Of a stretch of 64,000 nt of DNA, positions 17,440 to 29,884 are shown in pieces (the stretch's first letter is position 1; each line of letters starts with the position of its first letter). Source of the stretch: an uncultured Candidatus Binatia bacterium (lineage in GTDB: Bacteria > Desulfobacterota > Binatia > UBA9968 > JAJDTQ01); the NCBI GenBank assembly GCA_965213675.1, contig OZ243916.1, positions 736,001-800,000 on the forward strand, in the 5' to 3' direction. The notes under the pieces are model-generated. The model was not told the origin of the DNA and searched no databases. It saw only the letters and a program-made list of their open reading frames with translations. A program made the translations under genes and the position numbers.

Positions 17440-19397
17440 GCCCGCTCCCGCCGGGCCGGACCCAAGGGCAGGATGGCCATGAGCGTGCCCAGCGCCATGA
17501 CAACGCCGCCGAGCCAGATCCACAGCACCAGCGGACGGATCAGCACCTTGAGGGTGGCCCGGTTCTGCCCTACCTCGCTGAACCCGGAGAGGATCAGGTA
17601 AACGTCCTCCTTGAGGGTGCTGCGGAACACGGCCCGGCCGATGGGCGAGTCCTGGATCGGATAGAACTTGAGCGCGGGCGACAGGCGTCCCAGGGCGTCG
17701 CCGTTGCGCGACACCTCGAACGTTCCTTCCACCCGATAATGGGTGGGCTCCTGCGATCCTTGCAGTCCCTTGAAGGAGACGTGGTAGGGTCCCGCCGTGA
17801 GGCTCTCGCCCACGCTCAAGGTCGCTTCCCGTTCGACGCTGTAGGCCATGGAACCGGCAATGCCCAGCACCACCAGCACGACTCCCAGGTGCACCACGAA
17901 ACCGCCGTAACGCCGCTGGTTGCGCCGCACCAGCGTGGCGAGGCCGCGCAGCGGCCCCTCGCCGGCCTGCCGCCGGCGCGCGCGCAGGGAGAGCCAGGTG
18001 TCGCACACCATGGTCCAGACGGTGAAGGCGCACAGCGTGAAGCCCAGAAGCGCCAGGAACGAGCGGATGCCGCCGGCGAACAGACCCGCGGCCACGGCCA
18101 GGGATGCGGCCACCGGCCAGGTGAAGTTGCGCTTGAGGTTGTCCCACGACGCCCGGCGCCACGCGATGAGCGGTCCCACGCCCATGAGAAAAACCAGCAG
18201 CAGGAACAGCGGCGCGGTGACGGCGTTGAAGTAAGGCGCGCCCACGCTCACCTGAACGCCGGCCACCGCCTCGGACAGGAGCGGGAAAACCGTGCCCAGG
18301 AAGATGGTGAACAGCGCGGACACGAACACCACGTTGTTGAGAACGAAGGCCGATTCGCGGCTCACCGCCGAGTCCAGTTCGGGCTGCCCGCGCAGTTGTT
18401 CGCTGCGCCAGGCCAGCAGCCCCAGCGACGCCACCAGAACGAAGGCGAGAAACGCCAGGAAATAATACCCCACCGGACCGGACGAGAACGCATGGATGGA
18501 GGAGAGGATGCCCGAGCGCGTCAGGAAGGTGCCGAAGATGGTCAGACTGAACGCCATGATGATGAGCAGCAGGTTCCAGGTCTTGAGCATGCCGCGCCGT
18601 TCCTGCACCTGCACCGAGTGCAGGAACGCCGTCGCCGGCAGCCAGGGCATGAAGGCGGCGTTCTCCACCGGGTCCCAGGCCCAGTAACCGCCCCAGCCGA
18701 GCACGTGGTACGACCACCACGCGCCCACCAGGTTGCCCAGTGTCAGGAAGAACCATGCGGTGATGGTCCAGCGCCGGGTGGCCACGATCCAGGAATGATC
18801 GAGCCGGCCGCGGATGAGCGCCGCCATGGCGAACGCGAACGGCACCGTGAGCCCGACGAATCCCGTGTACAGGAGCGGCGGATGGCTCAGCATGTTGGCG
18901 TCTTCCAGCAGCGGGTTGAGACCGCGGCCGTCGGCGGGCACGGGCGAGAGGGGATCGAAGGGATTGGAGGCAAAGGCGATGACCGCCAGAAAAAACGCCG
19001 AGACGATGGAGAAGACCATCAGCACCCAGGGCATGAACTCGCGCATGCGCGCGCGGTAGCACCACGCCACCAGCGCCGAGAAGATGATCAGGATCCACTC
19101 CCAAAGGAGCAGCGAGCCTTCCAGGGCGCCCCAGAGCCCGGTGACGCGGTAGTACACCGGCGTGGCCCGGGTGGTGTTGAAGGCGACGTAGCGGATGGAA
19201 AAATCGGTGGCCACCAGGGCGAAGATCAGAGCACCGGCGGCGGCGGTGACGAAAAGGAACTGTCCGGCGATGGCGTAACGGGCGGAGGCGTGAAAGCGTT
19301 CGTTGCCGGTGCGCGCATGCAGCACCGGAGCGGCAATACCCCAGAGCGCCAGCGCAAACGCCAGCAGGACGCAGATATGTCCCAGCGTTCCGGTCAC
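17436..19397 (-). CDS. ccmF: Cytochrome c heme lyase CcmF
   Basis: EGSLLLW, HPPLLY, WGGYWAWDPVEN, RSG..SIHAF. Confidence 0.97.
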   Translation of the reverse strand: MTGTLGHICVLLAFALALWGIAAPVLHARTGNERFHASARYAIAGQFLFVTAAAGALIFALVATDFSIRYVAFNTTRATPVYYRVTGLWGALEGSLLLWEWILIIFSALVAWCYRARMREFMPWVLMVFSIVSAFFLAVIAFASNPFDPLSPVPADGRGLNPLLEDANMLSHPPLLYTGFVGLTVPFAFAMAALIRGRLDHSWIVATRRWTITAWFFLTLGNLVGAWWSYHVLGWGGYWAWDPVENAAFMPWLPATAFLHSVQVQERRGMLKTWNLLLIIMAFSLTIFGTFLTRSGILSSIHAFSSGPVGYYFLAFLAFVLVASLGLLAWRSEQLRGQPELDSAVSRESAFVLNNVVFVSALFTIFLGTVFPLLSEAVAGVQVSVGAPYFNAVTAPLFLLLVFLMGVGPLIAWRRASWDNLKRNFTWPVAASLAVAAGLFAGGIRSFLALLGFTLCAFTVWTMVCDTWLSLRARRRQAGEGPLRGLATLVRRNQRRYGGFVVHLGVVLVVLGIAGSMAYSVEREATLSVGESLTAGPYHVSFKGLQGSQEPTHYRVEGTFEVSRNGDALGRLSPALKFYPIQDSPIGRAVFRSTLKEDVYLILSGFSEVGQNRATLKVLIRPLVLWIWLGGVVMALGTLMAILPLGPARRERA

Positions 19398-19837
19398 GAA
19401 CCGCCCGTGGCCCGTGCGGGCACGAAGCTGCGCGCCTTGGAGGGATCTTCGCCTTCCTTGTGCGGGCTGTACTCCTCGGCGTGCTTGGCCATGACGGTGG
19501 AGGCCTGGAAGACGCCGTCCTTGCCCAGGCGTCCTTCCACCACGGCGCCCTTGCCCTCCGAAAAGAGATCCGGCGGCACGCCCTGGAAGTAGACGGCGAT
19601 GGACTCCTGGCCATCGGTGATCCTGAAGCGGAACCGGCGCTGCCGCAGGTCCTTCTCCAGCGATCCGGGCAACACCATGCCGCCCACCCGCAGGAAGCGG
19701 TCGGCCGCCCCGGTGCCGGCGTGGAGTTCGCTGGGCGTGACGAAGTACACCACCGCGTTCTGCATGGCGCCGTATATGAGATAGGCCAGAGCGCCGGCGA
19801 TGACGAGGCCTCCGATGAGAAAACGCCTACGCTTCAT
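19394..19837 (-). CDS. ccmE: Heme chaperone CcmE
   Basis: YFVTPSE, RVGGMV, PDLFSEG, AKHAEEY (HxxxY). Confidence 0.95.
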   Translation of the reverse strand: MKRRRFLIGGLVIAGALAYLIYGAMQNAVVYFVTPSELHAGTGAADRFLRVGGMVLPGSLEKDLRQRRFRFRITDGQESIAVYFQGVPPDLFSEGKGAVVEGRLGKDGVFQASTVMAKHAEEYSPHKEGEDPSKARSFVPARATGGS

Positions 19838-19976
19838 GGCCGTGGGCCTCCCCTCCGGCATGCCGGGTGTCCAGGGCCGCGGCCTTGCGGATGCGCCGCT
19901 TCAACAGCCACACGTAGAGCAGGATGGCGCTCCACACGATGCCGTACGCCAGAAAAACGAATCCCCATTGTCCCAT
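19827..19976 (-). CDS. ccmD: Heme exporter protein CcmD
   Basis: 49-aa MGQWGFVFLAYGIVW... single TM with AY motif and basic tail, lying between ccmC and ccmE. Confidence 0.85.
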   Translation of the reverse strand: MGQWGFVFLAYGIVWSAILLYVWLLKRRIRKAAALDTRHAGGEAHGHEA

Positions 19977-20002
19977 GGTCACGAACCCCCGCGCCGCGCC
20001 GC

Positions 20003-20683
20003 TCAACCGGCCCCGTAGAGCCGGCTCCGGCGCGCCCGGTCTTCCATTTCGCCCAGATGGATGCGCAGCGACAGCAGATAGAAGAACAGCACCAGAAACG
20101 CCAGAAAATTGATGCCCAAGGGCCACAGCATGGCCGGGTCGATGTTGTCCCAGGGCGCCTTGTCCGGCCGCATGATGGACGGCGGCTGATGCAGGGTGCG
20201 CCACCAATACACCGACATGTGAATGAGCGGGATGTCGAGGAAACCGATGATTCCCAGGATGGCGCCGGACACCGCGGCGCGGCGCGGCTCCTCGATGAGC
20301 GAGCGCAGCAGCAGGTAGGCGGAAAAGATCAGCAGCAGGATGGCGGTGAGGGTAAGGCGCGCGTCCCAGGTCCACCACACGCCCCAGGTGGGCTTGCCCC
20401 AGATGGAGCCCTCCACGATGGTCAGGGCGGTGAACAGGACGCCGATCTCCGCGGCCGAGTGGGCCAGGTTGTCGTCCCGGCGCTCGCCCTTCCACAGGTA
20501 CAGGCAACTTCCCACGAACACGATGAAGAAGGCCAGGTACGCCACCAGAATGCTGGGAATGTGCAGGTACATGATGCGCTGGGTCTCGCCCTGGCGCGCA
20601 TCCGGCGGCGCCTCCACCAACCCCCAGTACAGGCCCGTGAGGATGAGCAGAAACGCCAGCGTGCCTAGTATTCGTCGAGCCAT
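20003..20683 (-). CDS. ccmC: Heme exporter protein CcmC
   Basis: YLHIP, GSIWGKPTWGVWWTWDARLT, WWRTLHQ. Confidence 0.96.
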   Translation of the reverse strand: MARRILGTLAFLLILTGLYWGLVEAPPDARQGETQRIMYLHIPSILVAYLAFFIVFVGSCLYLWKGERRDDNLAHSAAEIGVLFTALTIVEGSIWGKPTWGVWWTWDARLTLTAILLLIFSAYLLLRSLIEEPRRAAVSGAILGIIGFLDIPLIHMSVYWWRTLHQPPSIMRPDKAPWDNIDPAMLWPLGINFLAFLVLFFYLLSLRIHLGEMEDRARRSRLYGAG

Positions 20684-20779
20684 GGATCATCAGCGCACAG
20701 GATGAAAGTGACAAGGCAATGCATCCGGGTTCATGATAGCACCCGCTCCCGGCACTTCCCAATCCATCCGCCACCGGCC

Positions 20780-21460
20780 TCAACCGTCCAGCACCCATTC
20801 CAGCAGCAGAAAACCGGCGGTGATGAAGATCAGGTCGAAGCCCACCAGGAGGCGGAACCAGGGCGTCAGTTCTGCGGCCGCGCCGGCGCCCAGAATGATC
20901 TGCAGCGTGCGCACGGTGGCGAGAATCACCGGAATCATCAGCGGGAAGAGCAGCACCGGCAGCAGCAGCGCCCGCGCCCGCGCCCGCAAGGTCACGGCGG
21001 CGAACAAGACCCCGACGACGGAAAATCCCAGGGTCCCCAGCAGGGTGTAGAGCAGCACGCCGGGCAGGAGATGCCAGAAGTCCAAGCGGAACAGAATGCC
21101 GAAAAGCGGCAGGATGCACAGTTCCAGCAGGACCATGAGGGAAAAGTTGAAGAAAACCTTGGCCAGGTAGTAGGCGCCCCGATCCAGCGGGGCGAGCAGC
21201 AGCGCGTCGAGGCAGTCGTTCTCGCGGTCCCCCTGAAAGAGCTGATTCAACGCCAGTGTGCCGCTGAACATGAACGCAAGCCACAAAAGGCCGGGGGCCA
21301 TGCGCGACACGTTCTCGCTGGAGATCTCGAAGGCGAAGGAAAAGAGGAAGAGCAGAGAAAGGCCGAAGAAGAACATCGACAGCAGGTTGTCGCGGCGGCG
21401 CGACTCCAGCAGAAGGTCCTTCCAGAGGAGCCAGTAGATCTGTCCGAGGGCGCCGGTCAC
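20780..21460 (-). CDS. ccmB: Heme exporter permease CcmB
   Basis: KDLLLE, FQGDRENDCLD, LLPVLLFP; operon context. Confidence 0.92.
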   Translation of the reverse strand: MTGALGQIYWLLWKDLLLESRRRDNLLSMFFFGLSLLFLFSFAFEISSENVSRMAPGLLWLAFMFSGTLALNQLFQGDRENDCLDALLLAPLDRGAYYLAKVFFNFSLMVLLELCILPLFGILFRLDFWHLLPGVLLYTLLGTLGFSVVGVLFAAVTLRARARALLLPVLLFPLMIPVILATVRTLQIILGAGAAAELTPWFRLLVGFDLIFITAGFLLLEWVLDG

Positions 21461-22251
21461 CGGGAACCGCCGTGGTCCTGCGACGCCAGCGCGTCGAAAG
21501 CGCGATGGAAACTGTCCCAGGGTTCGCGCCGCAGCTCGTCGAAGACGACCCTTCCCCGGTCCAGCATGACTGCGCGGGTGCAGCGTTCGAGAAGGCGCGG
21601 CACGTCATGGGTGGCCAGGATGACGATGCCTCCGGCCGCGCAGGTGGATTCCAGGAAACGGTTCAGCAGCGCCACCCCCGAGGGGTCCAGCGAGCCGTAC
21701 GGCTCGTCCACCAGTAGCAGCCGGGGCCGCACCAGGCGCCACTTGGCGATGGCAAGGCGGCAGCGCATGCCCAGAGACAAGGCCGAGACCCATTCGTCCC
21801 GCTTCGCGCGCAGGCCGACCTCGTCGAGCGCCGCGTCGCGCTCGTCCGCGCCCACGTCGTTGCGGTAAAGCGAAACAAAAAAGCGCAGGTTCTCGTGGAC
21901 GGTCAGACTGTCGTACAGATGCGCGCCGGCGGCGAGAAACCCGATGGAGCGGCGCAGCGGCGTGTTTCCACAAGACAGGGGCTGACCGAACAGTTCCACG
22001 GAGCCGGCGCTGGGGTAGGCGAGGGCCGCCAGCAGTTTCAGAAGCGTGCTCTTGCCGGCCCCGTTGGGTCCGAGCAACCCGACCCATTCGCCGGCCTCCA
22101 CCTCCAGACACACGTTCCGGAGCGCCCAGAGAAACCCGTACTCCTTCGACACGCTGTCCATCCGAACGCTCAGAGCCACCTCCACGACCGATTCGACGAC
22201 GGGCCGGATCGATGCGCCGCGCCAGCCGGCAACGCGGCGTTCACGCTTCAT
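21457..22251 (-). CDS. ccmA: Heme exporter ATP-binding protein CcmA (start uncertain, may be about 25-30 codons downstream)
   Basis: GPNGAGKS, LSLGM, LLVDEP, ATH. Confidence 0.9.
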   Translation of the reverse strand: MKRERRVAGWRGASIRPVVESVVEVALSVRMDSVSKEYGFLWALRNVCLEVEAGEWVGLLGPNGAGKSTLLKLLAALAYPSAGSVELFGQPLSCGNTPLRRSIGFLAAGAHLYDSLTVHENLRFFVSLYRNDVGADERDAALDEVGLRAKRDEWVSALSLGMRCRLAIAKWRLVRPRLLLVDEPYGSLDPSGVALLNRFLESTCAAGGIVILATHDVPRLLERCTRAVMLDRGRVVFDELRREPWDSFHRAFDALASQDHGGSR

Positions 22252-22445
22252 CTTCCTTGAATATAGCCGGTCGCCGGCGAAATCGCATATCTTTGGCCCA
22301 GGAGATTGCGCCGCAGGAATTCACGGCTGCAAATCCGCCCTCATCCGCCCGGTCCTTCGGGGCGCCTGCCGCTGCCTGCATCCACCCCACCGCTCCCTGG
22401 GCCGCCTCCTTGACGCGCCCGGATAGATTCGCTAATGACTAGCTA

Positions 22446-22616
22446 GTGTCGTGTCCCGTAAATTCCTGCGACAAGGTGCGCAGGAATTTCTGTTGTCGGC
22501 AAGGCGCGATGAAGAGCAGTGGCGGTTGCCACGCGAGGAAGAGCCACGCAGCCGGCGGCGAAAAGACCAGCAAACAAGACCACCAGATTATCGCAGACAT
22601 TTACGGGACACGGCAC
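22446..22616. repeat. Intergenic hairpin repeat, family A, copy 1 (MITE/REP-like)
   Basis: 18-bp terminal inverted repeat with 1 mismatch (22446-22463 / 22599-22616); core shared with 42091-42251. Confidence 0.8.
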
Positions 22617-22790
22617 GAGTCAACGCGCTGGGACTCGTTCCCGCGCTCAGCCCCTCCATCACCTGACCCGGACGGGTGGAACGGTGGAGTCCAAGGCCAC
22701 CGCCCGGTTTCAGGAATCCGAGACCGGAATCCACGTTCAAGGAAGCCAACGTCAGGGACAACGTCAGGAATAATCGACCAGAGGAGAGCC

Positions 22791-24053
22791 ATGGCAGAAT
22801 ATCTTCATGTGAAAGTGCCGGAACAGGGCGAAAAGGTTACGCTTTCGGACGGCAAGGTTCAGGTTCCCGACAATCCCATCATTCCCTTCATCGAGGGCGA
22901 CGGCATTGGAGTGGACATCTGGGCGGCGGCGGTGCGGGTGCTCGACGGCGCCGTGGCCAAGGCCTACGGGGGCAGGAAGAAGATCTCCTGGATGGAAGTG
23001 TACGCCGGCGAGAAGGCTGAGGCGGTGTACGGCGACGACTGTCCGCCGAGCCTGCTGCCGCAGGAAACGGTGGACGTCATCCGGGAATACCTGGTGGCCA
23101 TCAAGGGTCCGCTGACCACGCCGGTGGGCGAGGGCTTCCGCAGCCTCAACGTCACCCTGCGCCAGGTGCTGGACCTGTATGTCTGCCTCCGTCCCGTGCG
23201 CTACTTCAAGGGCGTGCCCTCGCCGGTGGTGCGGCCCCATTTGGTGGACATGGTGATCTTCCGCGAGAACACCGAGGACATCTACGCCGGCATCGAGTGG
23301 GAGACGGGAACCCCCGAGGCCGAGAAAGTCGTGAAGTTCCTGCGCGAGGAGATGGGGGTCAAGAGCATCCGTTTCCCCGACACCGCCAGCATCGGCATCA
23401 AGCCCATCTCCATTGAGGGTTCCGAACGCCTGATCCGAGCGGCCATTCGCTACGCCGTAGAGCACGACCGGCGCAACGTGACCTTGGTGCACAAGGGCAA
23501 CATCCAGAAGTACACCGAGGGCGCCTTCATGCGCTGGGGCTACGCCCTGGCCAAGCGCGAGTTCGGCGACAAGGTGGTGTCCTGGGAAGACTGCGGCGGG
23601 CGGCCGGACGAAGGGCAGATCCTCATCAAGGACGCCATCACCGACGCCTTCCTTCAGCAGATCCTCACCCGGCCCGACGAGTTCGACGTGATTCCCACCA
23701 TGAATCTCACCGGCGACCTCATCTCCGACGCGCTGGCGGCCCAGGTGGGCGGCATCGGCATCGCGCCGGGCGGCAACATCAACTACGACAGCGGCCACGC
23801 CCTGTTCGAGGCCACCCACGGCACCGCCCCCAAGTACGCCGGCCAGGACAAGGTCAACCCGGGTTCGGTGATTCTGTCCGGCGAAATGATGCTGCGGCAT
23901 CTGGGGTGGGACGAGGCCGCGGACCTGGTGATCCAGGGCCTGGAGGAAACCATCGCCCAGAAGACCGTGACCTACGATTTCGAGCGCCTCATGACCGGCG
24001 CCAAGCTGCTCAAGTGCTCGGAATTCGGCGACGCCATCGTGGCCAACATGTAA
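22791..24053 (+). CDS. icd: NADP-dependent isocitrate dehydrogenase
   Basis: [42 protein letters not shown]; GAGGAG RBS. Confidence 0.97.
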   Translation: MAEYLHVKVPEQGEKVTLSDGKVQVPDNPIIPFIEGDGIGVDIWAAAVRVLDGAVAKAYGGRKKISWMEVYAGEKAEAVYGDDCPPSLLPQETVDVIREYLVAIKGPLTTPVGEGFRSLNVTLRQVLDLYVCLRPVRYFKGVPSPVVRPHLVDMVIFRENTEDIYAGIEWETGTPEAEKVVKFLREEMGVKSIRFPDTASIGIKPISIEGSERLIRAAIRYAVEHDRRNVTLVHKGNIQKYTEGAFMRWGYALAKREFGDKVVSWEDCGGRPDEGQILIKDAITDAFLQQILTRPDEFDVIPTMNLTGDLISDALAAQVGGIGIAPGGNINYDSGHALFEATHGTAPKYAGQDKVNPGSVILSGEMMLRHLGWDEAADLVIQGLEETIAQKTVTYDFERLMTGAKLLKCSEFGDAIVANM

Positions 24054-24065
24054 CGCAACGGGACC

Positions 24066-25019
24066 ATGAGCATTTCAAGACGCAAGATCGCACTCATCGG
24101 GGGCGGCAACATTGGCGGCACCATGGCGCACCTGTGCGCCCTCAAGAAGCTGGGCGACGTGGTGCTCTTCGACGTGGTGGACGGGCTGCCCCAGGGCAAG
24201 GCGCTGGACCTGCTTCAATCCGCGCCGGTGGAAAGCTTTGACGCCAGCATCGTCGGCACCACCAGCTACGAGGATATCGTCGGCGCCGACGTCTGCATCA
24301 TTACCGCGGGCATCGCGCGCAAGCCGGGCATGAGCCGGGACGACCTTCTGGGCACCAACGCGAAGATCATGTCGCAGGTGTCCGAGAACATCAGGAAATA
24401 CGCGCCCGACGCCTTCGTCATCGTCATCACCAATCCTCTGGACGCCATGGTGACCCTGTGCCAGCGGGTCACGGGCTTTCCCAAGCACCAGGTGGTGGGG
24501 CAGTCGGGAATCCTGGATTCGTCGCGCTACCGCACCTTCATCGCCCAGGAGCTGAACCGCTCGGTGGACAGCGTCTCGGCCATGGTCCTGGGCGGTCACG
24601 GCGATGACATGGTACCGGTGCGCAGCGCCTGTCAGGTGGGCGGCGTGCCGGTGGACCGTCTCATTCCATCGCAACGGCTGGACGCCATCGAACAGCGCGT
24701 GCGCGTGGCCGGGGGCGAGATCGTGGCGCTGTTGAAGACCGGCTCGGCGTTTTATGCGCCCGCGTCCGCCGCGGTGCGCATGGCCGAAGCCTACCTGCTG
24801 GACAAGAAGGAAGTGTTGCCCTGCGCGGCTCTGCTCGAAGGCGAGTACGGCGTCCAGGGCTACTACTTCTGCGTGCCTGTGCTCATCGGCGCCGGCGGCG
24901 TGGAGCAGGTCATCGAGATCGACCTGGCAGCAAACGAAAAGGCACAGTTCGACGAGTCCCTGTCCCACGTGCAGGAGATCGTCGGCGCCATGGACCGGGT
25001 GCTGGCGCAGGCCTCGTAG
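24066..25019 (+). CDS. mdh: Malate dehydrogenase (LDH-like)
   Basis: [27 protein letters not shown]. Confidence 0.96.
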   Translation: MSISRRKIALIGGGNIGGTMAHLCALKKLGDVVLFDVVDGLPQGKALDLLQSAPVESFDASIVGTTSYEDIVGADVCIITAGIARKPGMSRDDLLGTNAKIMSQVSENIRKYAPDAFVIVITNPLDAMVTLCQRVTGFPKHQVVGQSGILDSSRYRTFIAQELNRSVDSVSAMVLGGHGDDMVPVRSACQVGGVPVDRLIPSQRLDAIEQRVRVAGGEIVALLKTGSAFYAPASAAVRMAEAYLLDKKEVLPCAALLEGEYGVQGYYFCVPVLIGAGGVEQVIEIDLAANEKAQFDESLSHVQEIVGAMDRVLAQAS

Positions 25020-25238
25020 GGGCGCCCGCGGTCGCTGTGGCGGTCACCGCACGGCTTGCTGGGGCGGCCACGTACCGATCTGCGGGCCTGAGGGGCGGCC
25101 CGCGAGGAGCCACAACCCAACCGCCGGCAACCCATCAATGACCGCGGAAACTTGCCGGACGCCACAGCGGTACCGGGCATCCTCCACGATGGATGCTCGG
25201 CGGCTTCAAACGTTCCGGCGTCCGATTCCAGTCTCTCC

Positions 25239-26410
<1,172 letters not shown>

Positions 26411-26414
<4 letters not shown>

Positions 26415-27280
26415 GCATCCTGGTCAACGCCGAGACGCGCGTCCTCACCCAGGGCATTACCGGCGCCACCGGCCAGTTCCACACCCGCGCGTGCAAGGAA
26501 TACGGCACCCGGATGGTGGCCGGCGTCACTCCGGGGAAGGGCGGCACGGACTTCGAGGGCATTCCCATCTTCGACAGCGTGGAGCAGGCGGTGCGGGAGA
26601 CCGGCGCCAATGCCAGCGTCATCTACGTGCCGCCGCCCTTTGCGGCGGACGCCATGATGGAATCGGCCGCCGCCGGCGTACCGCTGGTGATCTGCATCAC
26701 CGAGGGCGTCCCGGTGCAGGACATGATGCGCGTCAAGCGTTACCTCGCGGAGCGCCACACCGTGCTCGTGGGCCCCAACTGTCCGGGGGTCATCACTCCC
26801 GGCGCGTGCAAGATCGGCATCATGCCCGGCCACATCCACAGGCCCGGGCGCATCGGCGTCATTTCGCGCAGCGGCACGCTGACCTACGAGGCCGTGGATC
26901 AGCTCACCCGTCTGGGCATGGGACAGTCCACCTGCGTCGGCATCGGCGGCGATCCCATCCGCGGGCTCAACTTCGTGGACGTGCTCGCCCGGTTCAACGA
27001 GGACGACGAAACCGAAGCCGTGGTGCTCATCGGCGAAATCGGCGGCAGCGCCGAGCAGGAAGCCGCGGCATGGATCCGGGCGCACATGAAGAAACCCGTG
27101 GTGGGCTTCATCGTGGGCCAGACGGCTCCGCCGGGCAAGCGCATGGGCCATGCCGGCGCCATCATTTCCGGCGGCAAGGGCACCGCCGCGGAGAAGGTCG
27201 AGGCATTGCGCGACGCGGGCGTGCGCATGGCGCCGACCCCGGCAGACATTGGAATCAGCATGAAAGAGGCATTGGGATAA
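26411..27280 (+). CDS. sucD: Succinyl-CoA ligase alpha subunit
   Basis: QGITG, GPNCPG, SRSGTL, MGHAGA. Confidence 0.97.
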
Positions 27281-27285
27281 CACGT

Positions 27286-27702
27286 ATGGAGCGCACACTG
27301 TCGATCGTCAAGCCGGAAGCCGTGGCCCAGGGCCATATCGGGGACATCCTGAGCCGGTTCGAGGGGGCCGGCCTCAAGGTTGTGGCCGCGAAGCTCACAC
27401 GCCTGGACAAACAGCGGGCGGAGTCCTTCTACGCCGTGCACCAGGAGCGCCCGTTCTTCAACACCCTGACCGATTACATGTCCACCGGCCCCATCTTCGT
27501 ATCGGTGCTGGAGGGCGACGGGGCCATCGCGCGCAACCGTGAGATCATGGGCGCCACCGACCCGGCCAAGGCGGCGCCGGGAACCATTCGCAAGGATTGG
27601 GGCACCAACGTGGAGGCCAACGCGGTGCACGGCTCCGACGCCCCCGAGACCGCAGCCGCGGAGATCGCCTTCTTCTTCACCGCCGGCGAGATCCACTCCT
27701 GA
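27286..27702 (+). CDS. ndk: Nucleoside diphosphate kinase
   Basis: [22 protein letters not shown]. Confidence 0.97.
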   Translation: MERTLSIVKPEAVAQGHIGDILSRFEGAGLKVVAAKLTRLDKQRAESFYAVHQERPFFNTLTDYMSTGPIFVSVLEGDGAIARNREIMGATDPAKAAPGTIRKDWGTNVEANAVHGSDAPETAAAEIAFFFTAGEIHS

Positions 27703-27790
27703 GGATCGTGGGCGGCCGCCGATGGGGCGTCCTTCGACGTCACTTGGCGAAGCTTCTCCCGAGCCTTGTCCAAGGACGCCGCGCGAAACC

Positions 27791-28894
27791 ATGGAACAGC
27801 TTCCCACGGGGGACCCCCGGCGGCCCATCGAGGGCCTCGGCCACGCCGAGTTGAGCGCGTGGCTCGACGCGCGTGGGGTTCCGGCCTATCGCGCCCATCA
27901 GATACGGCGCTGGCTGTTCCAGAAGCGCGTCACCGCGTTCGAGAGCATGACCGACCTCGCCAGGGAGTTGCGGCAGGCACTGGCGCGGGAATTCGTCATC
28001 GGCTGCGCGGCGGTGCAGCAACGGAGCCGTTCCCGCGACGGCACCGTCAAGTATCTGCTGCGCCTGCGCGACGGCAACGTCGTGGAGACGGTTTACATAC
28101 CGGAGGCGGATCGGGTGACGCTGTGCGTGTCCACGCAGGCGGGATGCGGGCTGGGGTGCGCATTCTGCGCCACCGCGCGCATGGGGCTCCAACGCAACCT
28201 CACCGCGGCGGAGATCGTGGGCCAGGTTCTTGAGGTCCAGCGCGAGTGTGCGGAGGAGCGGCGCATCTCCAATCTGGTGTTCATGGGCATGGGCGAGCCC
28301 CTGGCCAACTACCAGGCCACGCGCGCCGCGCTGGAAGCGATGACCGACGCCCACAGCGGCATGGCCATTTCGCCGCGCAAGATCACCGTCTCTACCGTGG
28401 GGTTGCTCCCGCAAATGCGCCGGCTCATGGAGGAGACTCGCGTGAACCTCGCCATCTCGCTCCATTCCGTGCGTGACGACGTGCGCTCGGAGCTGATGCC
28501 GGTGAACCGCAAGTACCCGGTGGCGCGGTTGCTGGAATGCTGCCGGGAGCTACCGGTGCCGCGGCGCAAGCGCATCACCTTCGAGTACCTGCTGCTGGGG
28601 GGCGTCAACGACCTCGCCGCGGACGCGACGGAGCTGGCGCAACGGCTGCGCGGCATTCGCTGCAAGGTGAACCTGATACCGTTCAATCCCCACGAGGGGA
28701 GCGGTTTCCAGCGGCCGCCGGACGCGGCAGTGGAGCGTTTCGGCGAGACGCTGCGGGCTTGCGGCATCCAGACCCACGTGCGCCGTCCCCGGGGGGAAGA
28801 CATCCAGGCGGCCTGCGGACAATTGTATCACGCGGCGGCCACCGCGGGCGCTGCCGAGACACCGGGACTGTCGCCGACAACCGGCTGCACATGA
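27791..28894 (+). CDS. rlmN: 23S rRNA/tRNA m2A methyltransferase RlmN
   Basis: CxxxCxxC (CGLGCAFC), MGMGEP, ISLH, AACGQL. Confidence 0.95.
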   Translation: MEQLPTGDPRRPIEGLGHAELSAWLDARGVPAYRAHQIRRWLFQKRVTAFESMTDLARELRQALAREFVIGCAAVQQRSRSRDGTVKYLLRLRDGNVVETVYIPEADRVTLCVSTQAGCGLGCAFCATARMGLQRNLTAAEIVGQVLEVQRECAEERRISNLVFMGMGEPLANYQATRAALEAMTDAHSGMAISPRKITVSTVGLLPQMRRLMEETRVNLAISLHSVRDDVRSELMPVNRKYPVARLLECCRELPVPRRKRITFEYLLLGGVNDLAADATELAQRLRGIRCKVNLIPFNPHEGSGFQRPPDAAVERFGETLRACGIQTHVRRPRGEDIQAACGQLYHAAATAGAAETPGLSPTTGCT

Positions 28895-28921
28895 GGTCGC
28901 TTCAAGGCGCACACGTCTCGA

Positions 28922-29803
28922 ATGGACACGAAAATGCAAGAGAACACGACTCTGGGCGTCATCGGCGGTACCGGCCTGTACGACATGGAGGGGCTGAGCG
29001 ATGTGCGCGAGGTGGCGGTGGAGACGCCCTTCGGCGAACCCTCCGCTGCCTTCGTGACGGGTACCCTCGCCGGCGTCGACATGGTCTTTCTGCCGCGTCA
29101 CGGCAAGGGGCACCGGCTCCTGCCCACCGAAGTGAACAACCGCGCCAACATCTTCGGCATGAAGAAGCTCGGCGTCGGGCGGATTCTCTCGGTGAGCGCC
29201 GTGGGGAGCCTCAAGGAGGAGATCGAGCCAGGCCACATGGTGCTGCCGGATCAGTTCATCGATCGCACCTGGCGCCGCACGAGCACGTTCTTCGGCGACG
29301 GCATCGTCGCCCACGTGCAGTTCGCCGATCCGTTCTGCAACGATCTGCGCGCCGCCGTGGCGGCGGCGGCCGGGGGCGAGGCCATCACGGTGCACGGCCG
29401 CGGCACTTACGTGTGCATGGAAGGGCCGCAGTTTTCCACCCGGGCGGAGTCGGCGCTGCACCGGAGCTGGGGCGCGGATGTCATCGGCATGACCAACCTT
29501 CAGGAGGCCAAGCTCGCTCGGGAAGCCGAGATCTGCTTCGCCACCATCGCCATGGCCACCGACTACGACTGCTGGAACGAGGCCGCCGGCGACGTGGACA
29601 TCGAGGAGATCATCGCCGTGCTGCAGAAGAACGCGGAGGTGGCCAGGCGCATCGTCCGGGGCACCGCCGGGCGCCTGACCGCCGAACGCGCCTGCCCCTG
29701 CGCCACGGCGCTGGCCATGGCCATCGTCACCGATCGGTCGGTGATTCCGGAAGAGACCCGCAAGAAGCTGGGGCCGTTGGTGGACAAGTATCTGCAGTTG
29801 TAG
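28922..29803 (+). CDS. mtnP: S-methyl-5'-thioadenosine phosphorylase
   Basis: GGTG, PRHG, AVGSL, EGPQFSTRAES, TDYDCW. Confidence 0.94.
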   Translation: MDTKMQENTTLGVIGGTGLYDMEGLSDVREVAVETPFGEPSAAFVTGTLAGVDMVFLPRHGKGHRLLPTEVNNRANIFGMKKLGVGRILSVSAVGSLKEEIEPGHMVLPDQFIDRTWRRTSTFFGDGIVAHVQFADPFCNDLRAAVAAAAGGEAITVHGRGTYVCMEGPQFSTRAESALHRSWGADVIGMTNLQEAKLAREAEICFATIAMATDYDCWNEAAGDVDIEEIIAVLQKNAEVARRIVRGTAGRLTAERACPCATALAMAIVTDRSVIPEETRKKLGPLVDKYLQL

Positions 29804-29884
29804 CCGCCAAGTATCAAGGGGAGGGGGTGCGGGAATGACGGAAGGGCGAGTGAGCAGCGTTCGGGACTCAGGAGGTTTGTCAAC

